Source: a virus
Direction: 5' to 3' (one strand)
DNA length: 64,000 nucleotides
IMG/VR virus record: IMGVR_UViG_3300025009_000004
Coordinates: 53,662 to 117,661 of that record
Shown piece after piece: positions 16,859-27,580 of the stretch. Below the pieces are notes generated by a model, which saw only the letters and a program-made list of their open reading frames with translations, did not search any database and was not told where the DNA came from. The position numbers were made by a program, and so were the translations under genes. The first letter of the stretch is position 1; every line of letters starts with the position of its first letter.

Positions 16859-19800
16859 TTAATACGCTTCGGTTGTATAGCCATTCCATGGGTTAGTCCA
16901 ACCAGATGCGCCAGCTGGATAATATATCTTAAAGGTCGCATCACAATCTACAAATACATCAGTTCCAAATGTTGTGGGGGCATCGCCAGCGAATGTAGCA
17001 CTTGTTAAGAATGTATTATATGAAAATGCATAATCGCCAATTGTAGTAACGCTGGCTGGTATCTCTATATCACCTTGAAAATTACATGCACTAAACGCGC
17101 CTTGCTTTATTTCTACAAGTCCTTCATGTAAGGTCATATCTGTCAATGGAGTCTGATTGAATGCATACTCTCCGATTGTTATTACAGTTGCGGGTATTTC
17201 AATAAAAGTAAGAGCATAGCATGAATTTAATGCGAAATTGCCGATCGATGTTACCCCAGAATGTATAGTAAACGAATCAATTAAACTACCCTTTAGAGCA
17301 TAATTGCCAATAGATTCAACTGTTGCAACCATGCCATAATTTGTTATCGCTGATGGCACCGCGTATAATATCGTTAAATCTTCACTTAATAAAGCATAGC
17401 CGTCATCTTCGTATACTGTATTAGCCTCTTCAACTGTTATTGTTTCTAATGATGAACATAAGTCAAATGCCTGTTCGTGTATATTTGTTACTGTCGAAGG
17501 AATATTAATTGTTGTAATTGGGGCAGTCCAAAATGCATTTGCGCCTATCGTAAGCAATCCCTCTGGAAGCGTTATAGAGCCAATATTTGGGTTCATAAAC
17601 GCATAGGCATATATTTCAGTAACAAGCAAGTTTTCTACCGTTGTCGGCACAATAAGGCCAGTCCATATATCGCTTGAGCCAGTATAGCTCTCTATCCTTA
17701 TATGAGTGCCAGAGTCTATGGGGGAGTAATTAAAGAAATTACATCTTAACGCAGACATCGCAACAGTTGATTCATTATCAATATCCGTAAGAAATTGCAC
17801 TAATAAACCAAATGTTTCCTCATCAATATCGATAGAATAATCGAACCCTGGGCGCTGTAACACGCCATCAAGGAATATTTGGCATTCTCCAGTCTGCATT
17901 CCGCTTGTATATATGCTAACAAATGCGTCAGCGACTGAGCCTTTCTGATTAAGATATTCAGTAATATTTTGCATATTATCTATTGATAATAATGTTCCCT
18001 GAACAGTAGTTCCAGTTATCTTAATAAATGAAGAATCTACAATAACTTGTTCGTCAGGGATTGCAGCCAAGAGATTTGTTATTTCAGCACTTGTATAGTA
18101 ATTAGTAACTAACAAACTTTCGATGCTATCAATGTCTAATTCTAATTGAGCATGCGTTTTCGTTCCTATGTTAGTTAGCAGCAAGTGATCGATAACACCC
18201 TGTGCAGGAGCTGCCCACATAAATCCATCATCGGTCCTAGTGATGACTTCTCCGGTGGAACCTCCCTCAAACACTACTTCAACGCTTGCTAATCTTAAAT
18301 CAATATTATTTATTTTAGCTTCTGCACTATCTAATCTCAAATCAAGATTATTGATAGCAACTGCTATCGAGTCTAAATCAATATCATGCGCTAATAACAT
18401 TACTGCAATCGTATCAACGGCAGTTTGAACAGTCGTTGCGCCAATGCTACTCGTATCTGTATAAACAGAAGATGATGCTGGCAAAGAATGTATTTTAGTT
18501 ATCTGTGCATTGCTATCTGTTTTATGATTAATATAATCAATAATACCGCCAGCACTTTCATCAAAAGAGCCGGTTTCAGATATTCTATCATAGCAATCAT
18601 AAAGTGTTATCGCGTTTGAACCGTTGATGCTTCTATAGGCATAGCCATTATAGGCTCCGCCTCTATCTACTATTGCCTCTGCGCCACAGCCCATTACTGA
18701 TATTGATTTGCTATTATCAAAATAATAACCTACGCCAGCACCTTCAGCCGCGCAACCTTGCAGTGTGCAATATGTCATTGTTGTAAGTATAAAGCCTGTT
18801 TCAGTCGCGTTATTCGCATAGCAGTTTAAGAATGAAGTTGATGTTCCGCTCCATACGTTAAAAGCATCGCCAACGCACTTCCTTACTGTTACATTCTTAA
18901 AGTTATTCATAATCGGTGTGCTTATTGCGATACCACCATTAGATATATCACTTATGAACAAATCCCTAAATGAATGATATGGGTTGTTTGAATTGCTTGA
19001 TAAGCTAAAATATAAACCACCAACACCAAAAGAAGAGTCTTGCCCTTCTGCAGTTAAGTTCATATTTTCAACGCTTATGCCAACGCAATCTATAAATCTG
19101 AAGTGATGACCGTTAAAGCCGGTTGCATATATATTAGTACCTAAGTAAGTTGTATTTTTGCCATGGCCAACGCCACGAAGCGTAATTCCATGTTTGCTTG
19201 TAAGCGTTATCTGTGATGCTATTCTATAATATCCAGCAGGGAATAACACAACGCCACCAGATGTTAGTGAATTGATAGCGTTATTAATTGCAGTAGCATC
19301 ATTCACTATGCCATCGCCAACTGCGCCAAATTCCATTACGTTAACATACGCCTGAGTTATATCAGTATGTATTTCTGCACTATCTGCTTTGAGATTTATA
19401 AGCGTTTCATGTGTGTCTAAATTGGCCTTATTTGCCTCTGTAAGAATAGATATTGTGTCAAGGTTATCATTTATTAAACTTATCTCAGCCGTTATATCTG
19501 CTAATTCTAATTCAATCGTATCGAGATTATTAACAATACGATCTTCTAAAGTGCCAAGATTGTTTTGAATCGCCAATATTTCAGCAGTTATTAATGCAAT
19601 CTCATTAGTTGTCCATGCCATATTAGCATTAACTAAATCTTCAAGAGTGCTTAAGTTACCCTGTATCGCTAATATTTCAGAAGTGATATTTGCTATTTCT
19701 AATTCTTGCGTTGAATCGTTAAGAATAAGATCATCTAAAGCAGATTCTATTGTATCAAGATTGTTCTGTATTAATTCTATTTCAGCGGTTACTAAGCCTA

Positions 19801-19969
19801 TCTCAACAGTGTTTGAGCCGATATTAGAATATAATGCATTAATATCGCTCTGCACATTGCCATTGGTAGTTTTAATCGCAGTGCCTGGATGAGCATACTG
19901 CGCTTCTGCTATATTTATATTGATAAGTAAAGCAATAATTATAATCAAACTAAATAATATCTTTTTCAT
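16859..19969 (-). CDS. Signal-peptide-bearing tailspike/adhesin: coiled coil, pectate-lyase-like beta helix and BspA-type LRR
   Basis: MKKILFSLIIIIALLININIAEA|Q; heptad repeats; VNVMEFGAVGDGIVNDATAI...FPAGYY; IFLDGVLQRPGFDY; C-terminal IPxTVTxIGxxAF repeats. Confidence 0.82.
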   Translation of the reverse strand: MKKILFSLIIIIALLININIAEAQYAHPGTAIKTTNGNVQSDINALYSNIGSNTVEIGLVTAEIELIQNNLDTIESALDDLILNDSTQELEIANITSEILAIQGNLSTLEDLVNANMAWTTNEIALITAEILAIQNNLGTLEDRIVNNLDTIELELADITAEISLINDNLDTISILTEANKANLDTHETLINLKADSAEIHTDITQAYVNVMEFGAVGDGIVNDATAINNAINSLTSGGVVLFPAGYYRIASQITLTSKHGITLRGVGHGKNTTYLGTNIYATGFNGHHFRFIDCVGISVENMNLTAEGQDSSFGVGGLYFSLSSNSNNPYHSFRDLFISDISNGGIAISTPIMNNFKNVTVRKCVGDAFNVWSGTSTSFLNCYANNATETGFILTTMTYCTLQGCAAEGAGVGYYFDNSKSISVMGCGAEAIVDRGGAYNGYAYRSINGSNAITLYDCYDRISETGSFDESAGGIIDYINHKTDSNAQITKIHSLPASSSVYTDTSSIGATTVQTAVDTIAVMLLAHDIDLDSIAVAINNLDLRLDSAEAKINNIDLRLASVEVVFEGGSTGEVITRTDDGFMWAAPAQGVIDHLLLTNIGTKTHAQLELDIDSIESLLVTNYYTSAEITNLLAAIPDEQVIVDSSFIKITGTTVQGTLLSIDNMQNITEYLNQKGSVADAFVSIYTSGMQTGECQIFLDGVLQRPGFDYSIDIDEETFGLLVQFLTDIDNESTVAMSALRCNFFNYSPIDSGTHIRIESYTGSSDIWTGLIVPTTVENLLVTEIYAYAFMNPNIGSITLPEGLLTIGANAFWTAPITTINIPSTVTNIHEQAFDLCSSLETITVEEANTVYEDDGYALLSEDLTILYAVPSAITNYGMVATVESIGNYALKGSLIDSFTIHSGVTSIGNFALNSCYALTFIEIPATVITIGEYAFNQTPLTDMTLHEGLVEIKQGAFSACNFQGDIEIPASVTTIGDYAFSYNTFLTSATFAGDAPTTFGTDVFVDCDATFKIYYPAGASGWTNPWNGYTTEAY

Positions 19970-19970
19970 A

Positions 19971-20684
19971 TTAATGTGACGCTCCTTCGCGTTTGAATTC
20001 TATTAACATTACGCCACTATTGGCTCCAGTTATATTTATATTAAACTCATTGCTTCCCGCTACAAAACTATCGACTGTTGTAGATATACTATCAGGGTTT
20101 GTTTCAAAAGTAAAGCCTTCATAATAACTTGGCAATCTTCCTGAATAATGGCTAATCGTATATGAACGATTTAAAATATCCGCACTACCAGAATTTGTAA
20201 TTGATAATGCCAATGTATATACGGCTCCAAGTAAGCCAGAATATGTATAAGCGAAGGGGTCTGATGTAATAGGAACTTGTATTTGTGTGGGATTAATGCC
20301 AAGATAAGCTGTTTCAATTGCAGTAATAGAATTACATAATAATTTATAATGTCCTGATGTGAAAGGCTGTCTTACATACGCGCCGGCATAATGCTCTATT
20401 GCTGTTGAATCGCCGCGCCCTCTTGTGCAACTTTGTAGTGTAATAACACCACCAACATCAGCAATACTTTCAGCCCATATTATTTCTTCATCAATACTCA
20501 TCCATGAGGGACACTCAACATCAGAAATAGTCTTACCCGTTGGCAAGACTATTCCGATTGATGTTGCGTCAATAGTTATATCGGCGGCAAGTGTTAACCC
20601 GCCATATTTATACGAGTTATTCTGCTTCGGAAATGTATCTATAGAAGCAGGAAACAACGCAGATATTAAATTAGGTTCAGACAT
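19971..20684 (-). CDS. Tail/baseplate-associated protein
   Basis: FPASIDTF; TLAADITIDATSI...IDEEII...TRGRGDSTAIEH module common in phage tail proteins. Confidence 0.6.
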   Translation of the reverse strand: MSEPNLISALFPASIDTFPKQNNSYKYGGLTLAADITIDATSIGIVLPTGKTISDVECPSWMSIDEEIIWAESIADVGGVITLQSCTRGRGDSTAIEHYAGAYVRQPFTSGHYKLLCNSITAIETAYLGINPTQIQVPITSDPFAYTYSGLLGAVYTLALSITNSGSADILNRSYTISHYSGRLPSYYEGFTFETNPDSISTTVDSFVAGSNEFNINITGANSGVMLIEFKREGASH

Positions 20685-20707
20685 CTTGCTACCGCCTTTT
20701 AATCATC

Positions 20708-20980
20708 TTATTTTTGCGTCAGACTTGTTTTTACATCATCTGGCAATGCTTCAAAATCTCTTGCTCTTTCGATATCTTTGATAACGAAATCAAGTGCTTG
20801 TTTCGCTTTCATTAAATCAGCAGCGCCAAGAATCGCAGGAGAGAGCATTTTGCCATTATCAAACTTAAATACAATAGCGCCTTTATCCGGTGCTTTACTT
20901 TCTTCTAAAGTAATACCACTAATAAATGATGCTGTCTCTTTAATTATCTCTTTGGCTTTCTCGATGTTATTCCCGTTCAT
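20708..20980 (-). CDS. Hypothetical protein
   Basis: RBS present; within the tail operon. Confidence 0.55.
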   Translation of the reverse strand: MNGNNIEKAKEIIKETASFISGITLEESKAPDKGAIVFKFDNGKMLSPAILGAADLMKAKQALDFVIKDIERARDFEALPDDVKTSLTQK

Positions 20981-21000
20981 TTAAATCACCACTCCTATAA

Positions 21001-21279
21001 TTATGAATTAATTATTGCAGATTGTTCTGCTGCCATATCCGTCTGATTCTGCTTTAAAGGCGCTATTAATGCCTCTAATGATTTTTTAAAATTAGATTCT
21101 TTCGCTTGGCATTCTTTACATATTTTGAACATAGAAGAATATGTTGGGATCGGTATAGGAGAACTAATATTAGAATTAACATCAATTCTAATAGTATCAA
21201 AGTTTTTAGGACTTTGGCGATAAGCCTCAGTTTGATTTAATGATTTGCATTCATCGCATTTATAAGTAACGATATCCAT
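21001..21279 (-). CDS. Zinc-binding hypothetical protein
   Basis: CDEC...CKEC; AAGGAG RBS. Confidence 0.55.
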   Translation of the reverse strand: MDIVTYKCDECKSLNQTEAYRQSPKNFDTIRIDVNSNISSPIPIPTYSSMFKICKECQAKESNFKKSLEALIAPLKQNQTDMAAEQSAIINS

Positions 21280-21318
21280 ATAAATTACTCCTTACAATAG
21301 CATTATACTACCTTTATT

Positions 21319-24300
21319 TTACTCTGTTTTTATTAATGTGTCAATCTTATTTTTAAGTTCTATTATCATATTTTCTAATATTTTGATTCTACTCTCGTGT
21401 TGTTGGGTGGCAAGCACATTGTAGACGCTGAAACGATCATATTTTAAAGACTCTGGCTGTCCATTGTTATTAAAATTAACTAAGCTTGGAAAAACATTTA
21501 AAATATCTTCCGCAATAAATCCTATGTCATAATCACCAGATTGTTTAAATCTATAGGCATATGGAGTTAAACAATTGAATTTATCCATAGAAAAGTCTTC
21601 TATTGTCGAGATAATATCTTTATATCGAATTGAGGATGACTTAAGTTTTACAAATCCATTCGCGTCAATAACTAAATCTGTCCCCGTACCCGCCGCCGAT
21701 AAATTTTGGAATTGAACCGTTCCATATGCAAATATCGCAGCGCCAAGGCTTGAGAAATATCCCGCCGTTCCAGTCGCAGACTCGCATATTCCAACGGTTG
21801 CCGATCCGGTTCCACTCGTGATATGGCCGATTATGCCATTGCCCCCGCTTGTAGTGTTTTTCCCATAAACTGCATATTTACCGGAAGCGCTACTCGTTGC
21901 AAAAATTCCATGATTTGAGACAGACGCAAAATGTCCCGCGTACCATTGAGTTGATGTTCCTTTTACGCCGGTGCTGTAGGTGTTTCCTGCTCCCCAAACA
22001 CCAGGAATCCCGGCATTCTCGTCCGTAGGGTTAGATTGGGTATATGACCCGCCGACAACGCCTCCAACTCCATAAATAGTTCTTCCTTCTATAGCAGAGG
22101 AAGCCGCACTACTGTAGGTGTTAGTGACGAGTAAAGCACTATATGCATCAGTGCAAACAATAACCGCTTTTGAGTTTTCAGAATCTGTCGTAAGCGGGTT
22201 ATCCGTTGAGGCGTTACATAATAATAACCTTTTCGCCCATATTGTATTAACATTATTATTATTTATTTGATACTGTCCAACTTTGAAGAAGGCCGTATTG
22301 TCATATCCAAGCATGGCAATCTCGCTAGCAGTAAGGCTTAGTTTATACGTTGTACCAGAGGAAACATGCCCAAGATAAATAGCAGACGATGTCAATTTTG
22401 TATTATAGTATAAGTTTGTATAATCGACACATCCGATTTTAATGTCCGTGCCATTTAAGACAGTATTATAAACGGTTGTTGCGCCATTTATAACATATAT
22501 CCCTAATCCAATATCACCGCTTGCTAAAATCCTTGCCCTATAGTGAGCAACGTCGCTAACAACATTGCCGCTATGCCCTAAATAAACTCCAGTAGCATTA
22601 ATCTTGACGTTGTAGGACTGATGATACTCTGCATAGCCCGCATGATATCCAAGATATACCGCCCCACTTTGGATAATTGTATCAAAATAATATTTAGACC
22701 CCCCATAGGTTACGTAGCCTATGCCTATACCGTCTAAATATGACTGCCCACTAATCATTACTTGCCTGGCGGCTGTGGTTGCATCACGAAATAATAGATA
22801 GTTGCTATTCAAGTAAAACTGATGGGAAGAATATGCAGCGCTATAGCACATGGTTATGCTTCCTGAGCTTATTTGCGTATCATAAATATTAGTCGTCCTA
22901 TACCCCAGATTAATTGCTGTTGGCGTCACAACTAAATTTGACAATGCACATGTCGTTCCGCCAAGGTATATATTGTCTTTGGCCCATAATCCATATGTGG
23001 CATTATCTAAATATCCAAGCTCAACTTTTTTAACATTACTCGCGTCGAATACGTTAAACGCAGTCGAATTTATTTCTACTCTACCATTACCAACTGCGTT
23101 ACGAATGGAAACACCAGTTGTAGTTGCACTAAAGGTATTAACATTGCTTTGATAAATCTGCAATCCGCTTTTAGTCAAATAACAATAATTACTTGCGTCT
23201 GCTTTACTTCTAATCGACAACAAGAAATCCAGATTTATTTCAGAGCCATAAAATATATTAGCAATGCTCGTTATAACAGGCTGAAATTCAACCAAATTAA
23301 CCACAGTTGAATCAGGACTATAAAAATATATAGCAACTGATTTTGCTAATATCGCTTTGCCAGTAGAGAAGTTTTCATAATGAAGCAGGGCCATATCAGC
23401 AACTCCAGAGCCAGTTGTGCTATATTCAAAATATCTATCTGCATCTGGCTTAGTTGCTGATGTAACTATATCGCCAGCATTATTAAACGTATGATCGCCA
23501 GAGTTAAGACATTGTAGCCATACATCTTGAGTCCCTGTGCTTGTTATTTCTTCAAGTTTAATTACAAATCTAACATTGCTTGTCGTATGCTTAAATTTAA
23601 GTTTGATATCAGATATCCATTCAACTTTATTCAAATCTATCTTAACGTAGTTATTTGTCGTTGAAGCAATCGTAAATGTGACGAACTCATTATCAAGATA
23701 ATTAGCATCTAATATATGCTCAGTTGAGCCAGTTTGAACAGCGCCAACGTAAGGAGTTAAAGTCAAATCAGACGATAATTTAAACTTAAATATATTATTG
23801 CCCATATCAACGGCAGTGACATTTTTAGGTACCACATTGTTAGCAACAGAAGGAACGCTTCTTGCACCCCAATAGTCTGTTGCATCAACACGCACCCATA
23901 GTTTTAATGCAGTGTTGGCCGTGAATAAATCCATTTCAGTGGCAGATAATGATATATTTATTTTAGTAGTGAATGTTTCATATAATTTGGGATTATTAGG
24001 GTCTGGATTACTCCAACCTGGAAATTTCCAATCTCCGCTGCCAATTGCTGGTTCTGTTTCTGCAATAGCATATTGAATCCAATATTTCTCTACTTCTTCT
24101 ACTCTTGGAGGAGTGCTTGTGTCGAGCGTAACTGCATCCCAAAATACTTCTGCGCCACCGACCATTGAATTAAGTCTTAAATTAGCAGGAGCCGCAGGAG
24201 GTGTATTGGTTATCGTTATTAAATAAGGATTTACTTGCACGGCTCCGGCCTCATTTAAATAAGTTAAGTTATCTGCTATATCATATGCAGCTAAATATAA

Positions 24301-27300
24301 CTGAACAGGAGATGCGGTTGGCTTAAATATAAACGGATTGGAGTCTAAAGTATATTCTTTCGCTGTATTTAACGTAGCGCCAATAAATAACTTAAGGCCA
24401 TCATATAAGTTTCTGCTTACTTTTGCCGGATTAATCCATGATAATTTTATATCTCTACCGAATGCCCATGTTAACCCTGTAGGTAAATCAGCGGAAGAAG
24501 GCCCAACTGTATCTTTCTTAAATCTAACTACTTGTTCAATGCTATTCTCTGCATTATCAAACGCTCTTATCTTAACTTCAAATTCTTTATATACACCATC
24601 AACCGTATCAGCGCCAAGCATCGCATTTGTTATATTAATTGGCGATCCTGTTGCAGTAGTCCATGTTATTCCGTTATTATAATTATACTCAACTCTATTG
24701 ATTCCAGAGTTAGCGTCTTTTTCATACGCTCTATAATAAATATCGATTCCATTGGTTAATATCTTTTTGTTGATATAACCATTCTTATTTATGGCAATTG
24801 TATTATCTTCTTTATACCATATCTTCTGTATATCAAGATTCGGCGTTGCTGTATCTATTTTACAGTAACGAGAAGCCGTGGTTGCGATAAGACTTCCTTC
24901 TGTTCCATCAGGTCTATATTGAACGGCCTTAACTTGAAACAATACCTTATCCGAAGGGAAAGAATACGCTTGTTTAAATCCAGCAGGAATGAGCATAGAT
25001 ACGTTTGTTGTTTCTTTATCGAATCTTGTTTCGGTAGCAAGAACATATGGCCCTCCACTTGTAGAGATATACCATCTTATTCTGTCTACATATATGCCTT
25101 TAGTAAATTCATTTTGTATCGTAAATTGCATTGATCTGGTATTATAAACGTCTATTAACTGACTATCATTAATCGGAGTTTCGCTAAAGCTATTAAGTTC
25201 AACAGGGAGAGACCTTATTACGGTTGCGCCAGTAATACTTGCTTGTGGCAATATGGCTAAAGTTGACGCAGGGGCATTGCTAAATATTTGAGAGGCAACG
25301 CCAGGAACATCATGAAAGTCTACCGCAACGACCATAAAATAATATTGTGTTGCATAATTTAAAACAGTCCCTGTTTCATCTTTTTCTATTACGGCGCTAT
25401 TCGTCGGACCAACCCAAGCCCTATATGCTATATTAACTGTGGCTAAATTTGCAGGGTCAGTAGACATAAATAACCAAAATTCTTTAAACTGTCTTTGTAA
25501 ATCAGCAGTTCCATAACTCATTGTCCAATTAAGACGCATTACTTTACCATCGAGTTTAGCAGAGCTATAAGTTGGAGAGCCAACTACCGTAGGCGCGGGA
25601 AGCTGCTGCAAAACGGATGCAGTTCCAACTGCTGATTCTTGCGAGTATACTATTTTAGACAAAGTAGTCGATGCATATTTATAATCAACAAAAAAATCAC
25701 CAACGGCTCTTATTAAAAAGAAATAAGCAATGGGAGATGACGGACTAGGATCAATATCGGATGGTAATTGCCAGATATAACTTTGAGCATCTTTGCCGAG
25801 TCTTATTGTGTCATTTAATCTTTCTGCACTATCCCATATGGCCCTTCTATCTGTAATGTTTGTCGGAGTATTACCTATGATTAAAAGCAAAGCATCATAT
25901 TGTGCTTGTGATATTTTTTTAATTTCATATCCTGTTAAAAATGCATCTGTATTTTTTGTCCACTTACAATCAATCTGATGCCTTATTGGGTCATATGTCG
26001 TGGTGAACCCTTGTACATCTGCTGGTTTAGGATTAATTAATAAAGTCTCGCTTGCAATCCTTGCCCTTCTAACGCCAGCATTTGTTGCGTTGTAAACCGA
26101 CCCTATTTCAATAGAATAATTGTGTGTTGTCTCCCAAGCATCTATGTTGAGAAAGTCCTTTGCATCTTGTTCTTTAAAATCTTGTAATGTAATAGTATAT
26201 GTTTTTATTGTGTTAGCAAAGTCTTTTTGAAATAATATCCTTTTTTCCCCATGGTTTTCTCTAAAGGCTAAATATGTTCCATGATAGCCGCCCGCATATG
26301 TCCAATCAACTTGAACAGGAAAATTACTTCCTGTCTGAGTTAGTGTAATTTCACTACTGTCAACAATTAAAGCCGCTAATACTGGATAAGTCCAAGTAGC
26401 TGCTGATGAGTTTTCTGCTGTACTATTGTCATATGCATAGATTTCGTAACCATAGTACTTATTCGCCACTGTTCCATCAATATATGACCATGAAACCATA
26501 TCTGGAGCCGCAGACGCATCTAAATCAGTTAATAAAGTTCTCGTACCATCGACATATTGATCTGATGAACTGTTATATTCAGAACGATATATTTTAAATC
26601 CTTTTAACCCATTATTGCCATATCTTAACGGAACGCTCCAGTTCAATTGAAGAATATAATTAGTTGAGTCGCTTATATTAACTGCATAGAAGTTCTCTGG
26701 TTTTTCTGGAGCTACAAAATCGCCGGCAATAAACTGTATTGATGTAGACCAATCAGAGACATTGCCCGAATTTCTTTGCGCTCTAACCTGGACTTCATAA
26801 AATGTTCCCCTTATTAAATTAAGCATCGGAATATAATAATATCCACTGGTTAGCGCAGTTCCTGCCAAAACATTAGGTTGCTTTGACCAAATAACTGTAC
26901 TTTTCTCTTTATATTGTATTTCAAACATTCTAAAATCATCATCATCATGTTGTTTGATTTTTAGTATAGCGTTACAATTGTCTCCGTTTGAGGCGGTATC
27001 AATTGAAGAAGTAAGGACAACAATTTCATCTAAACCAGTGATAGGATCAACGCCAACGGGTGGAGTGTATGGAGTTACATTATCTGATGTTGATACGATT
27101 ATAGGATCGCTCCATGTCTGCTGTCTATTCGCCATGTTCTTAAGTAATATTTTATAACGAACGACTTCATCTTTAGGAACGTCTCTATCAATAAATTTAT
27201 TTGTTATCTGTAAGTCAATACTATCGATATGTTCATCGTCTTCGAATGTACCACTGTTATCTTTATCACGATATATATCAGCAATAACCTGGCCCGTTAC

Positions 27301-27573
27301 ATCATGGCCAAGTTTGTCTTTTCCTGAGAATATAATCGTCATTTCAACTAACGGCTTGCCGGCTTCAAATCTCGTTACCCATTGTATTTGAGGCATAGCG
27401 GGCGGTATGTTAGAATCAAATGAATTATTGAGTTGAGACACATATAGTGGCTCAATGCCATCCTGCATCGTGGTAGCAACAGATTGAGTGTTAACATCAT
27501 TTACTTGTGTTTTCTGTTCTATCTGTCTATTAATTTGTTCAGGTAGATTTGTATAAAGATTTCTTGTTTCCAT
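21319..27573 (-). CDS. Central tail fibre/host-specificity protein with FN3 domains and C-terminal peptidase S74 intramolecular chaperone
   Basis: Several FN3-like units (YEVQVRAQ...SDWS; PEKPENF; PAAPANL). C-terminus SSIRYKDII...GFIAED...LKYDRF followed by a coiled coil. Confidence 0.85.
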   Translation of the reverse strand: METRNLYTNLPEQINRQIEQKTQVNDVNTQSVATTMQDGIEPLYVSQLNNSFDSNIPPAMPQIQWVTRFEAGKPLVEMTIIFSGKDKLGHDVTGQVIADIYRDKDNSGTFEDDEHIDSIDLQITNKFIDRDVPKDEVVRYKILLKNMANRQQTWSDPIIVSTSDNVTPYTPPVGVDPITGLDEIVVLTSSIDTASNGDNCNAILKIKQHDDDDFRMFEIQYKEKSTVIWSKQPNVLAGTALTSGYYYIPMLNLIRGTFYEVQVRAQRNSGNVSDWSTSIQFIAGDFVAPEKPENFYAVNISDSTNYILQLNWSVPLRYGNNGLKGFKIYRSEYNSSSDQYVDGTRTLLTDLDASAAPDMVSWSYIDGTVANKYYGYEIYAYDNSTAENSSAATWTYPVLAALIVDSSEITLTQTGSNFPVQVDWTYAGGYHGTYLAFRENHGEKRILFQKDFANTIKTYTITLQDFKEQDAKDFLNIDAWETTHNYSIEIGSVYNATNAGVRRARIASETLLINPKPADVQGFTTTYDPIRHQIDCKWTKNTDAFLTGYEIKKISQAQYDALLLIIGNTPTNITDRRAIWDSAERLNDTIRLGKDAQSYIWQLPSDIDPSPSSPIAYFFLIRAVGDFFVDYKYASTTLSKIVYSQESAVGTASVLQQLPAPTVVGSPTYSSAKLDGKVMRLNWTMSYGTADLQRQFKEFWLFMSTDPANLATVNIAYRAWVGPTNSAVIEKDETGTVLNYATQYYFMVVAVDFHDVPGVASQIFSNAPASTLAILPQASITGATVIRSLPVELNSFSETPINDSQLIDVYNTRSMQFTIQNEFTKGIYVDRIRWYISTSGGPYVLATETRFDKETTNVSMLIPAGFKQAYSFPSDKVLFQVKAVQYRPDGTEGSLIATTASRYCKIDTATPNLDIQKIWYKEDNTIAINKNGYINKKILTNGIDIYYRAYEKDANSGINRVEYNYNNGITWTTATGSPINITNAMLGADTVDGVYKEFEVKIRAFDNAENSIEQVVRFKKDTVGPSSADLPTGLTWAFGRDIKLSWINPAKVSRNLYDGLKLFIGATLNTAKEYTLDSNPFIFKPTASPVQLYLAAYDIADNLTYLNEAGAVQVNPYLITITNTPPAAPANLRLNSMVGGAEVFWDAVTLDTSTPPRVEEVEKYWIQYAIAETEPAIGSGDWKFPGWSNPDPNNPKLYETFTTKINISLSATEMDLFTANTALKLWVRVDATDYWGARSVPSVANNVVPKNVTAVDMGNNIFKFKLSSDLTLTPYVGAVQTGSTEHILDANYLDNEFVTFTIASTTNNYVKIDLNKVEWISDIKLKFKHTTSNVRFVIKLEEITSTGTQDVWLQCLNSGDHTFNNAGDIVTSATKPDADRYFEYSTTGSGVADMALLHYENFSTGKAILAKSVAIYFYSPDSTVVNLVEFQPVITSIANIFYGSEINLDFLLSIRSKADASNYCYLTKSGLQIYQSNVNTFSATTTGVSIRNAVGNGRVEINSTAFNVFDASNVKKVELGYLDNATYGLWAKDNIYLGGTTCALSNLVVTPTAINLGYRTTNIYDTQISSGSITMCYSAAYSSHQFYLNSNYLLFRDATTAARQVMISGQSYLDGIGIGYVTYGGSKYYFDTIIQSGAVYLGYHAGYAEYHQSYNVKINATGVYLGHSGNVVSDVAHYRARILASGDIGLGIYVINGATTVYNTVLNGTDIKIGCVDYTNLYYNTKLTSSAIYLGHVSSGTTYKLSLTASEIAMLGYDNTAFFKVGQYQINNNNVNTIWAKRLLLCNASTDNPLTTDSENSKAVIVCTDAYSALLVTNTYSSAASSAIEGRTIYGVGGVVGGSYTQSNPTDENAGIPGVWGAGNTYSTGVKGTSTQWYAGHFASVSNHGIFATSSASGKYAVYGKNTTSGGNGIIGHITSGTGSATVGICESATGTAGYFSSLGAAIFAYGTVQFQNLSAAGTGTDLVIDANGFVKLKSSSIRYKDIISTIEDFSMDKFNCLTPYAYRFKQSGDYDIGFIAEDILNVFPSLVNFNNNGQPESLKYDRFSVYNVLATQQHESRIKILENMIIELKNKIDTLIKTE

Positions 27574-27580
27574 CTTAACC

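Noticed and set aside
12316-27573. Diversity-generating retroelement or invertible fibre cassette
   Set aside because: No reverse transcriptase or recombinase, and no TR/VR-like nucleotide repeat pair seen in the window.
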